This document shows, piece after piece, positions 18,399 through 26,445 of a stretch of 32,000 nt of DNA; the stretch's first letter is position 1; every line of letters begins with the position of its first letter. Under the pieces are notes generated by a model that saw only the letters and a program-made list of their open reading frames with translations, ran no database searches and was not told the DNA's origin. Made by a program: the position numbers and the translations under genes. This DNA is from Thalassolituus maritimus (GTDB lineage: Bacteria > Pseudomonadota > Gammaproteobacteria > Pseudomonadales > Oceanobacteraceae), in the NCBI RefSeq assembly GCF_040372045.1, contig NZ_BAABWH010000005.1. One strand, given 5' to 3'.

Positions 18399-19454
18399 CT
18401 AGAATCTCAGACCAAGTGACAAGTCATAGCTCGCACCACCAAGCTTCCCTGTGTCTTCCAGACCAGAAACACTCGTCCATTTCGCTGTGCTTTCCGGCAA
18501 GTACGTCACGCCATAATCAATGAAGCCGTCTTTGAAAAAGGGGAATTCAAAACCAAAACGGAAGACCAGTGCGTTGGTGTCGTTAAAGAACGCCTGCCCC
18601 ATACCCAGATAAACTTTCGTATCGATAAGATCATCCATGCTGGGAATATCAGCGATGATCCTCCCTTCCAGATTTATGCCTGAGATATCGAAGTTTTCGC
18701 GATTAGAGAAATTGCGGAAATACTCGAACGCCAGGGTGTATTGCAACTGATCGTCGAGGCTCGTCGTTTCGCGGCGTCGGATGCCAAATACGGTGACGCC
18801 TTTTACCTCTTCACTGTCTGTACTGGACAGGTGGGCCCGCTCTGCAGAAATTCCCCATGCGCCGACAAGGAATTCATAATTTACGCTGTCAAAGCCCTCT
18901 ACTTCCTGTTCCAGAGTCGTTTTCTTCGAATATTCTTTCAGCCACAGTAATTTGTTGTCGCGGGCATCGACCATACGCAAGTTAATGGTGAATTTGTTCT
19001 GCTCGACTGACGCGTTCCAGAACAAAAAAGCATCCGCTCGCACATGCTGCCCTAGCTTCCGTAACGCCTGATTATCAACAGCGACATGGCTGACCTCGAG
19101 CCGGTCTTCTCGCATTGCTACCTGCGTAGTTCTGCATTCAAGACATTGAATGACTTCAAAACGACCGCTATCCAGCATGCGCTTCATTAGCTTGTTCTCG
19201 ATCATCAAATGAACTTGCTTAGGAATCTTACGGTGCATCCGATCCCCGTTGTGATATAGCGCTACCCGCTTCACGGACTCGGGAAGGTCAATTAACTCTT
19301 CCTTTACCAGCGTTTTGTCGTCATCCAGCAGCTGAGTAAAACCCGTGTACAAAGATGAGCGCATTTCGGGTGGCTCAAGACCGGGAAGAGGTGTCTCTGC
19401 AAGACTGCTGAGCGGTAATAATATTACGGAGAGTAACAGTAACCGTCGGAACAT
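18399..19454 (-). CDS. Outer-membrane protein: periplasmic LpoB/CsgG/FlgO-like N-domain plus a small C-terminal beta-barrel
   Basis: Signal peptide MFRRLLLLSVILLPLSSLA|ETP. The N-domain pattern is VALYHNG...IENKLMKRMLDSGRFEVI...ADAFLFWNASVEQNKFTINLRMVDARDNKLLW. The C-terminal ~160 aa contain about 8 amphipathic beta-strand segments (YEFLVGAWGI, LQYTLAFEYF, KVYLGMGQAFF, ALVFRFGFEF, ASYDLSLGLRF) and end in Phe. An 8-nt gap separates it from the TPR gene. Confidence 0.65.
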   Translation of the reverse strand: MFRRLLLLSVILLPLSSLAETPLPGLEPPEMRSSLYTGFTQLLDDDKTLVKEELIDLPESVKRVALYHNGDRMHRKIPKQVHLMIENKLMKRMLDSGRFEVIQCLECRTTQVAMREDRLEVSHVAVDNQALRKLGQHVRADAFLFWNASVEQNKFTINLRMVDARDNKLLWLKEYSKKTTLEQEVEGFDSVNYEFLVGAWGISAERAHLSSTDSEEVKGVTVFGIRRRETTSLDDQLQYTLAFEYFRNFSNRENFDISGINLEGRIIADIPSMDDLIDTKVYLGMGQAFFNDTNALVFRFGFEFPFFKDGFIDYGVTYLPESTAKWTSVSGLEDTGKLGGASYDLSLGLRF

Positions 19455-19687
19455 CTGGGCATCCTGTATAGGTAAAACGCGAATACAGAGAGCTTAGTTC
19501 AGTACAGTAGACTCAGTTGAGGCGGCGACATTCCAACCTTTTGATTAACAAATGTTTTTTATTTGAAGATAAGATGACCGACAATAATCGAACGTCGTTC
19601 TATTTCACGAACGCCATTGAAATGCCGCAATGTGGAATGCAGCGGTAGGGAACTGGACAGTTTCAGCCGAACGCCAAAAGAGGTACC

Positions 19688-19721
19688 GAGAAACGACAAA
19701 CCGACGCCATAAAGACGTCAG
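19688..19721 (-). terminator. Putative terminator of the pterin dehydratase gene
   Basis: On the minus strand: CUGACGUC-UUUAU-GGCGUCGG, an 8-bp stem that includes two G:U pairs. It is followed by UUUGUCGUUUCUC, about 48 nt after the stop codon. Confidence 0.45.
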
Positions 19722-19768
19722 CTTGTTTTCATTGGTAACAGATTGTCAGAGGTAAGCCGTTGATCTCG

Positions 19769-20065
19769 TCAGTTCGACAGGTGATCACACAAGGCTGCCA
19801 TATCAACATCGCGCTGAGTCACACCGCCGGCATCATGGCTCCACCAGATAACCGTCAATAAGCCCCACGCCACGTTGATTTGAGGGTGATGATCATAATT
19901 CTCGGCGAGTTCAGCTATCTTGCCTGCCAAAGCAAAGGCATCGGCAAAATTAGCAAAGGTCCAGGTTCGACAGAGGCAGGGGATGTCCTCCATTGTACCA
20001 ATGTGCCACTCAGGACGACTCAAGAGCTGAGATGTGAGTTCTTCGTGTGTCAGTACATCAGACAT
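19769..20065 (-). CDS. phhB: 4a-hydroxytetrahydrobiopterin (pterin-4-alpha-carbinolamine) dehydratase
   Basis: 98 aa. FANFADAFALAGKIAELAENYDHHPQINVAWGLLTVIWWSHDAGGVTQRDVDMAA matches the PCD signature (HHP...W..V.V.W.TH...G....D). Confidence 0.9.
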   Translation of the reverse strand: MSDVLTHEELTSQLLSRPEWHIGTMEDIPCLCRTWTFANFADAFALAGKIAELAENYDHHPQINVAWGLLTVIWWSHDAGGVTQRDVDMAALCDHLSN

Positions 20066-20105
20066 ACAACCTCCGGGAAAGAAGTGAATGAGTCCTTACT
20101 CTGAC

Positions 20106-20135
20106 AAAAAAGGAGAGCAATTGCTCTCCTTTTTT
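20106..20135 (-). terminator. Symmetric rho-independent terminator after the fumarase gene
   Basis: aaaaaa-ggagagc-aatt-gctctcc-tttttt: perfect 7-bp stem (20112-20118 / 20123-20129) flanked by A6 and T6. It starts 40 nt downstream of the fumarase stop. Confidence 0.85.
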
Positions 20136-20174
20136 CGTATCAGGACAGGTCAAAGAATCCTTAGGAGGAAATCC

Positions 20175-21683
20175 TCAGACCTCGGTCGCGTTGATTCGCG
20201 CGAACCACTCCTGAGGGCCCGTCTGGTGAACGGACTCGCCTTTGCTGTCTACCGCTACGGTAACTGGCATATCTTCGACTTCAAACTCGTAGATAGCTTC
20301 CATGCCCAAGTCGTCAAAGCCGACAACCTTAGCGCCTTTAATCGCTTGAGATACCAGGTACGCAGCACCACCAACAGCCATCAGATAAACAGCTTCGTTG
20401 TCACGAATCGCATCAATAGCAATCGGACCACGTTCTGCTTTACCGATCATCCCCAGCAGACCGGTCTCCTCGAGCACAGTACGGGTGAATTTATCCATAC
20501 GCGTCGCGGTTGTCGGGCCCGCAGGACCTACGACTTCTTCGCGCACCGGATCAACCGGACCGACGTAGTAAATAAAACGACCTTTCAGATCAACTGGAAG
20601 CTCTTCGCCTTTCGAAATCATGTCGACCATACGCTTGTGCGCCGCATCACGGCCAGTCAGCATCTTACCGGACAACAAAACTGTCTCACCCGGCTGCCAG
20701 TCTTTCACATCTTCTGGAGTCACAGTGTCGAGGTTTACACGGCGAACGCTGTCACCGACTTCCCAGCTGATTTCTGGCCAGTCTTCAAGCTTAGGCGCTT
20801 TCAGAGAAGCAGGGCCGGAACCGTCCAACTCGAAATGCGTGTGACGGGTTGCAGCACAGTTCGGGATAATCGCAACAGGCTTATTCGCTGCATGCGTTGG
20901 GTAATCGGCGACTTTGATGTCGAGAACCGTGGTCAAACCACCCAGTCCCTGAGCACCAATACCCAGCTTGTTTACTTTCTCGTAGAGTTCGAGACGCAGT
21001 TCTTCCGCACGGTTTTCTGCACCGCGAGCCTGAAGTTCCTGAATATTAACCGGCTCAAGCAGCGCTTCTTTGGCAATCTGCATCGCTTTCTCAGCCGTAC
21101 CGCCAATACCAATGCCCAGCATACCCGGTGGACACCAGCCTGCACCCATCTTCGGCACCTGCTCAAGTACCCAATCAACAATCGAGTCTGATGGATTCAG
21201 CATCGCGAACTTTGATTTCGCCTCTGAACCACCGCCTTTCGCTGCAACATGAACATCAACCGTGCTGCCCGGTACTAATTTCATGTGAATGATGGCTGGC
21301 GTATTGTCTTTGGTGTTTGCACGCTTGCCATCCGGATCAGCGAGTACGGACGCACGGAGTACATTGTCAGGATGCGTATAAGCACGGCGAACGCCTTCGT
21401 TGCACATGTCTTCGACGCTCATATCACCCTCGAACTTCACATCCATACCGATGTTGAGGAAGACCGTTACGATACCCGTGTCCTGACAAATTGGACGTTT
21501 CCCCATCGCACACATACGTGAATTGATCAGAATCTGAGCCATGGCGTCTTTCGCTGCCTTGGATTCCTCACGCTCATAGGCCTGGTGTACGGCATCAATG
21601 AAGTCTTTCGGGTGGTAGTAGGAAATGTATTGCAAAGCGTCAGCAACGCTCTGAATCAGATCCTCTTGCTTTATCACGGTCAT
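20175..21683 (-). CDS. Class I (Fe-S dependent) fumarate hydratase, single-polypeptide type
   Basis: 502 aa. The N-terminus MTVIKQEDLIQSVADALQYISYYHPKDFI...RPICQDTGIVTVF and the C-terminal beta-domain (GRFIYYVGPVDP...GPTTATRMD...AVGGAAYL) are typical of class I fumarases. Confidence 0.93.
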   Translation of the reverse strand: MTVIKQEDLIQSVADALQYISYYHPKDFIDAVHQAYEREESKAAKDAMAQILINSRMCAMGKRPICQDTGIVTVFLNIGMDVKFEGDMSVEDMCNEGVRRAYTHPDNVLRASVLADPDGKRANTKDNTPAIIHMKLVPGSTVDVHVAAKGGGSEAKSKFAMLNPSDSIVDWVLEQVPKMGAGWCPPGMLGIGIGGTAEKAMQIAKEALLEPVNIQELQARGAENRAEELRLELYEKVNKLGIGAQGLGGLTTVLDIKVADYPTHAANKPVAIIPNCAATRHTHFELDGSGPASLKAPKLEDWPEISWEVGDSVRRVNLDTVTPEDVKDWQPGETVLLSGKMLTGRDAAHKRMVDMISKGEELPVDLKGRFIYYVGPVDPVREEVVGPAGPTTATRMDKFTRTVLEETGLLGMIGKAERGPIAIDAIRDNEAVYLMAVGGAAYLVSQAIKGAKVVGFDDLGMEAIYEFEVEDMPVTVAVDSKGESVHQTGPQEWFARINATEV

Positions 21684-21735
21684 CGGCTGATCTCTCTCTG
21701 AACAGGCTTATGGTCACATCGTTGTATACGGTCGC

Positions 21736-21764
21736 AAAAACGCCCACATTTAGTGGGCGTTTTA
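21736..21764 (-). terminator. Rho-independent terminator after the lipoprotein gene
   Basis: aaaaa-cgcccac-attta-gtgggcg-tttt: an 8-bp stem (21740-21747 / 21753-21760) flanked by an A-run and a T-run. Confidence 0.8.
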
Positions 21765-21801
21765 TTATTATGCTGGGAATTGTAGCTCAAGCGGTCGCCC
21801 G

Positions 21802-22578
21802 TTAAAACGGCCACCACTCTTCTTCGGTTGAGCGGGGCTTCGCTCGAAGTCCTTCAGGGGCATCCGTCTCAGCGTTATTATCTTCTTCAATAAAGAAGGT
21901 CTGAGGCTCTTGCTGTTCTTCGACCTGCGGCTGAGCAGGCTCAGACTGACGAGCCATCACTGTCTCTTCCGGAGCATCATCTTCTGAGCGGGACTTAGCA
22001 CGGATCAATTCGCGTCCATGATGGTGCAAACGGGTCTTGTTCATTTCGCGGACAGCAAGGTCATGTCCGACCAGCTGAAGAGGGCCATCTCCGCCCAGCG
22101 ATCCATCGTCCATCAGAACCATGTTCTGAGGATCAACTTCAGAATACCGCAGGTAATAGACCTTACCCGCTTCGAGGTTCATGTCGAAATCACTGTAAGT
22201 GCGGAAAACCAGACTACCGACACCTTCAAAACCAAAAATGCCACGACGCACAACAAAGTCGTAGGTACCCGGTTCCATCTCGTACCAGGTGTAGCCGCCG
22301 CCTTTGAAGTTGAACAAACGCTCACCGTTGACATTAAGACTCGGCGCTTCGACCTCATCCATAGACCACTCAGTCGCAGGACGGTAAATGTATACCAGTG
22401 CGTACTTTTCGTAATCCCAACGATAACCCACGGACTTGTAGTACTGCCCTTTTGGCGAGAACAGCCACTTAGGATAAGACCCGAAATTATCGAACGTTGT
22501 GATGTGAATATTGCTACACCCGGCGATTAACGCCCCCATGGCTGCAGCAGAGAAAACTTTGATTGCTGTTTTTATCAT
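21802..22578 (-). CDS. Lipoprotein, DUF2846-like, with acidic low-complexity tail
   Basis: Lipobox GALIAGC|SN. The core ALVYIYRPATEW...LNVNGERLFNFKGGGYTWYEMEPGTYDFVV resembles DUF2846 (the YIYR...vNG...l..g.y....l.pG.h pattern). The family call is from memory only. Confidence 0.6.
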   Translation of the reverse strand: MIKTAIKVFSAAAMGALIAGCSNIHITTFDNFGSYPKWLFSPKGQYYKSVGYRWDYEKYALVYIYRPATEWSMDEVEAPSLNVNGERLFNFKGGGYTWYEMEPGTYDFVVRRGIFGFEGVGSLVFRTYSDFDMNLEAGKVYYLRYSEVDPQNMVLMDDGSLGGDGPLQLVGHDLAVREMNKTRLHHHGRELIRAKSRSEDDAPEETVMARQSEPAQPQVEEQQEPQTFFIEEDNNAETDAPEGLRAKPRSTEEEWWPF

Positions 22579-22766
22579 TATTATGCCCTGTTACCGGCTA
22601 TTACATACGTTTCAGGTCGGCTGGCCTACTTCGAGATCGCCAGACTATGACCACCAGTATTTATCAACTGGCGTAATGTTACCAACTGTACAGAAAGTAA
22701 ACCGTCGTGCTATATTGCATTCTACACATAATAACAAAAAGAAACAGCCACTAAGGGAAAGCAAAC

Positions 22767-23279
22767 ATGAAGAGTAGTCTGTACACACTTCCCCTCCTGT
22801 CGATTCTTGTAGCGGCTCCGGTTATGGCCGCGGAGACACTGGAACAGGAAAGCGCAACTCAAGCTTACGGCTCGCCAGAAATTGAAGTCGCGGTTGAAGC
22901 CGCCAGACGTTTCCCGGTTCAGGCCGAATACGTTGGTTACGAATGGTATAACCGCACCACCAGCAAAAGTTTTCCACTGCCCAAAATGCTCAATACTGAG
23001 ATGAACGATCTGGTAATTGAAGGCGCAATGGGACCAACTGCTGCCGGTACGGCTGCTGCCGAAGAGGCGTCTCGTCCAACACGTCGTGTGGCCTTGGGTC
23101 AAAGTGACGAAGACGAAGAAGTCATCGAGACAGATGAGAACCTTCAGCCATCTCCGCGTGCCGACGTCAAACGGGTACGAGAAGTGTTCATCAAGGAATC
23201 TCGCTCTTCCAGTGCAAGTGGTGAGATGATCACTCGTGAGGCCCGTTCATTCGGCACGGTCTCGGCTACCGCGCGATAA
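22767..23279 (+). CDS. Hypothetical small secreted protein (paralog A)
   Basis: Signal peptide MKSSLYTLPLLSILVAAPVMA|AET. The AAGGGA ribosome-binding site is upstream. The remainder is acidic and low-complexity. I do not recognise a family. Confidence 0.6.
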   Translation: MKSSLYTLPLLSILVAAPVMAAETLEQESATQAYGSPEIEVAVEAARRFPVQAEYVGYEWYNRTTSKSFPLPKMLNTEMNDLVIEGAMGPTAAGTAAAEEASRPTRRVALGQSDEDEEVIETDENLQPSPRADVKRVREVFIKESRSSSASGEMITREARSFGTVSATAR

Positions 23280-23289
23280 GGATTCCGCC

Positions 23290-23784
23290 ATGCCAAGTGT
23301 CGTTATAAGTGCAGCGGTGCTCTTACTGCTGTGCTCTGGGGCCAGCGTAGCAGGAAATAAGTCAGCAACCGCTGAAGATTTTCGAAAAGCGCAGGACGAT
23401 TACTATGCCAGTGATCTTGATGCCGCCATCACCGAAGCACGCGAACGTACTCATCACTACGACTACAGCAGTGAATTTCGCTACGACCGCACTACGTCGC
23501 AAAGTATTCGTTTCTCACGCATGAGAAACAATGAACTTGAGCAACAGCGCATAGAAACCGCATCCTTGGCACCGACCAGTTCAGGTAACTCTGAAGACAC
23601 CGAATATAGTGCTGAAGGTAGTGCGGAAGTTAGTGGCGAATGGAATGCTGATGGCACCGAAGACGGTTTCCCGACCGACTTATTAGAACGTAATGACGTA
23701 CTGCCAACCACGGTCAGCCCAGCTGCCAGCCAGCAGATACAGCTGCCATCCAGTGGCATTCAAGTTCAAGTTAATGTGCGCTGA
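23290..23784 (+). CDS. Hypothetical small secreted protein (paralog B)
   Basis: The ATG at 23290 gives signal peptide MPSVVISAAVLLLLCSGASVAG. The track ORF starts upstream at 23236, overlapping the previous gene. It shares the Y.RTTS.S...M.N.E motif block with the preceding protein. Confidence 0.55.
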   Translation: MPSVVISAAVLLLLCSGASVAGNKSATAEDFRKAQDDYYASDLDAAITEARERTHHYDYSSEFRYDRTTSQSIRFSRMRNNELEQQRIETASLAPTSSGNSEDTEYSAEGSAEVSGEWNADGTEDGFPTDLLERNDVLPTTVSPAASQQIQLPSSGIQVQVNVR

Positions 23785-24628
23785 GCTCCAGCCTCTGGCG
23801 AATAATACTCCGCGCTTTCTGCCCCATCACCAGTAACCTGCGATCACGCTGCCAGTAGTCCGCCGCTGCCGCAGGCAAAGCCGCAGCAACCGTCATCAGC
23901 TCTTCGGCAAGTGCTTCAAAGGCGTTTAACTGCTCCAGACAATAACCTTTCGACGACATCCGGTAACCACCGGCCAATGCCTGCATCACCGTCACCAGCT
24001 TGCTTTGATCTGACGCACTGTCTGACATCCTCAGACACCAGCCGGAAAACGCAAGTATGGTCATTACATCTTCATGGTATCGGAACGGCTTATTAATTTC
24101 GTTGTGCGCGTCGGCACAGTGAAAATGCGAGTCAACATGCGCCTCATTAAACTCGAGTGCGTGATGAGCTAACTCAGGAACCACGGGTTGCGCTGGGTCA
24201 GACGGTAATACAGAGACACCCTGCTCACCCGCCTTTACCCGACGACAAACCAGATCAGATTGGTCACGAGCAATGATATAGAGCCAGTCCATACCACTGT
24301 CGGCCAGCATAGCGTGACTCTTCCTACCCGATATCACGCCATTGTCTATGCAAGTAGACATTTCTGAGAGCGAGCGCAAGCCCTTTTCAGACACACAAAG
24401 ACATGCCCATTGCTCTGGAGACAGTGAAGAATCGACCGCGCGCATAGCAACCTGATAGCCGGCGAGAAATGCCGATGCAGGGATATCGGAACGCAACCCA
24501 GAAATAATGGCTGCCTCCGCAGGTTCTGAGGTTCGTAGTAATCGTGCCAGGTTCATCCTTAACGTATATGGCGTCGTCACTGAGAGTGCAGGCAAGCTCA
24601 GTGCCTGCACCCAGAGATCTGGCATCAT
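23771..24628 (-). CDS. Hypothetical cytoplasmic protein, no family recognised
   Basis: 285-aa ORF that starts 6 nt downstream of the stop of the preceding same-strand gene. It has no signal peptide. A faint resemblance to an acyl-CoA-dehydrogenase-like fold is not supportable from sequence alone. Confidence 0.55.
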   Translation of the reverse strand: MMPDLWVQALSLPALSVTTPYTLRMNLARLLRTSEPAEAAIISGLRSDIPASAFLAGYQVAMRAVDSSLSPEQWACLCVSEKGLRSLSEMSTCIDNGVISGRKSHAMLADSGMDWLYIIARDQSDLVCRRVKAGEQGVSVLPSDPAQPVVPELAHHALEFNEAHVDSHFHCADAHNEINKPFRYHEDVMTILAFSGWCLRMSDSASDQSKLVTVMQALAGGYRMSSKGYCLEQLNAFEALAEELMTVAAALPAAAADYWQRDRRLLVMGQKARSIIRQRLELSAH

Positions 24629-24634
24629 GTGTAA

Positions 24635-25456
24635 TTAACCACCGCTCATTGCGTTCTGAATACGATCCAGACGGATCTGGATATCTTCGATTTCCAGTTT
24701 CATATTCAACAGATCGTTGTAACCCGCACCGCCACCACTGGCCGGAGCAGCCTTCTGACTATCCACTGTGGTACGAAGACTGTTAACGCTGGCTTCCAGC
24801 ATATCGATGCCTTCTTTATTCTGGGCAATAGATAACTCCAACCCAGAAGGCATAGCTGCCACACTGTTCTTTAATTCAGCCAGTTGTGCTTTCAATGCTT
24901 TGATATCGGAAGAACTCGCTCCTGAAGCACTGTTCACCGCAGAGCTGAGATTATTGAGTTTGGCTGCATTGGCATCAATATCCGCACGATTACGCTTGCT
25001 CGCCAAATCCCATAATTTCCGGATTTCGTTGTCCTGTTCACGCAAGACTACTTTAAGTGCATCTACCGAAAGATTCGCGTTTTCACCCGACGCCGAGAGA
25101 CGATTTTCAAGCGCTTCGATCTTACCGCCCTGCAGCAACAGAATATCCTGAGCAGCGGTCAGCTTCTGCTGAGATGACTCCAATAAAGTGTACATATATC
25201 CAGCGCCCGCCAGAGCACCGAGGGCGACGAGGAGGCTGACAACCGCCAAGCCCGATGAGCCCGATGAGCCTGAAGACCGCTGCACCGGTGCCGCCGCTGC
25301 AGTTGTCGCCTGTGCTGTTGGCGCTGTTGCTGCAGCAGTTAAGGGGTCAGTAGCCGGCGCACTGCGTTTCGCAGCACCTGCCTGTGCCAGACGTTGTTGA
25401 GCCTGACGACGAAGCTGCTGTTGCCGCTGCGCAATCTCTTCCTCTGTTGGTTTCAT
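24635..25456 (-). CDS. Membrane-anchored coiled-coil protein
   Basis: I prefer the ATG at 25456, which has an AAGGTG Shine-Dalgarno 6 nt upstream; the track start at 25465 is the GTG inside that Shine-Dalgarno. The N-terminus is Gln/Ala/Arg-rich. One TM segment (LAVVSLLVALGALAGAGYMYTLL). A long heptad-like C-terminal region follows. Confidence 0.65.
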   Translation of the reverse strand: MKPTEEEIAQRQQQLRRQAQQRLAQAGAAKRSAPATDPLTAAATAPTAQATTAAAAPVQRSSGSSGSSGLAVVSLLVALGALAGAGYMYTLLESSQQKLTAAQDILLLQGGKIEALENRLSASGENANLSVDALKVVLREQDNEIRKLWDLASKRNRADIDANAAKLNNLSSAVNSASGASSSDIKALKAQLAELKNSVAAMPSGLELSIAQNKEGIDMLEASVNSLRTTVDSQKAAPASGGGAGYNDLLNMKLEIEDIQIRLDRIQNAMSGG

Positions 25457-25800
25457 TCGATACACCTTTTCTTGTTATTCCGTCCGGGTGACTGAACAGC
25501 GTGCTTCCCCAAAAGCTCAGTCACTACGACGCTTCGTTCGCGCTTCAATCTACGCGATACCCTTATGACTTTGAACCGTTAGTTTCCCTGATTGTCTACC
25601 GGTTGGCAATTTGTAAAGAAATGCTCAAGAAGACCTGTTAAATTTGAATCGAAACAAGGCCGTAGCCACGACAGACAGCGGCGTTATAATCTTTAGAATT
25701 ATTCAATAACGGAGCATTGAAATAGTACGAAACGACCCCATGTAGGTCACAACGGACATTTCAATAAATCCGGCAACCAACCTGAAATCGGAGAGAGACC

Positions 25801-26382
25801 ATGGCGTTCGAACTTCCTGCACTGCCTTACGAAAAAAATGCACTGGAGCCACACATTTCATCAGAGACTCTGGACTTCCACTACGGCAAACACCACAACA
25901 CCTACGTTCAGAAGCTGAACGGTCTGGTTGAAGGTACTGATCTCGAAGGCAAGAGCCTGGAAGACATCATCAAGACTTCTTCAGGTGGCGTATTCAACAA
26001 TGCGGCTCAGATCTGGAACCACACTTTCTACTGGAACAGCCTGAGCCCGAATGGCGGTGGCGAGCCAACTGGTGCGGTCGCTGACGCTATCAATGCGGCA
26101 TTCGGTTCTTTCGAAGACTTCAAAGCTAAGTTCAACGACATGGCTGTTAACAACTTCGGCTCAAGCTGGACTTGGCTGGTTAAGAAAGCAGATGGCACTC
26201 TGGATATCGTTAACACTTCCAACGCTGCAACGCCAATCACTGAAGACCTGACTCCACTGATTACCGTTGACCTGTGGGAACACGCCTACTACATCGACTA
26301 CCGCAATGTTCGTCCTGATTACCTGAAAGGTTTCTGGGCACTGGTTAACTGGGACTTCGCTAACGAAAACTTCGCTAAGTAA
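25801..26382 (+). CDS. sodB: Iron superoxide dismutase
   Basis: 193 aa. [36 protein letters not shown], plus the metal ligands in ...[13 protein letters not shown]. Confidence 0.95.
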   Translation: MAFELPALPYEKNALEPHISSETLDFHYGKHHNTYVQKLNGLVEGTDLEGKSLEDIIKTSSGGVFNNAAQIWNHTFYWNSLSPNGGGEPTGAVADAINAAFGSFEDFKAKFNDMAVNNFGSSWTWLVKKADGTLDIVNTSNAATPITEDLTPLITVDLWEHAYYIDYRNVRPDYLKGFWALVNWDFANENFAK

Positions 26383-26400
26383 TCGATCAGCGTTGTCAGT

Positions 26401-26445
26401 AGTACTAAACCAGTACTAAGTACTAAACCAGTACTGAGTATTAAA
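26401..26445 (+). repeat. 18-bp tandem repeat (about 2.5 copies) rich in AGTACT palindromes, in the sodB 3' UTR
   Basis: agtactaaaccagtacta (26401-26418) and agtactaaaccagtactg (26419-26436), then the partial copy agtattaaa. AGTACT occurs at 26401, 26412, 26419 and 26430. Confidence 0.8.

Noticed and set aside
17926-18402. 158-aa plus-strand ORF. Similar shadow ORFs lie at 22018-22530, 28535-28996, 10084-10575, 3398-3850 and 8983-9372.
   Set aside because: All of them overlap stronger opposite-strand genes that have signal peptides or family motifs. None has a plausible Shine-Dalgarno or any domain signature.
19455-19768. Search for a flagellar-type sigma28 (TAAA-N15-GCCGATAA) or sigma54 (GG-N10-GC) promoter upstream of the five-gene operon
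   Set aside because: I found only loose partial matches, such as gttcgattat and ttggaatgtcgccgc, with wrong spacing. None can be supported by eye. The region also contains the likely phhB terminator. The promoter remains unassigned.
20088-21191. 367-aa plus-strand ORF
   Set aside because: It lies entirely antisense to the well-supported class I fumarase gene. Its translation is Arg/Thr/Phe-rich low-complexity sequence with no recognisable motif. This is a typical shadow ORF.
25685-25710. AT-rich ataatctttagaattattcaataac as a Fur box upstream of sodB
   Set aside because: It does not align convincingly to the GATAATGATAATCATTATC consensus. sodB is usually regulated indirectly through sRNAs rather than by direct Fur binding.
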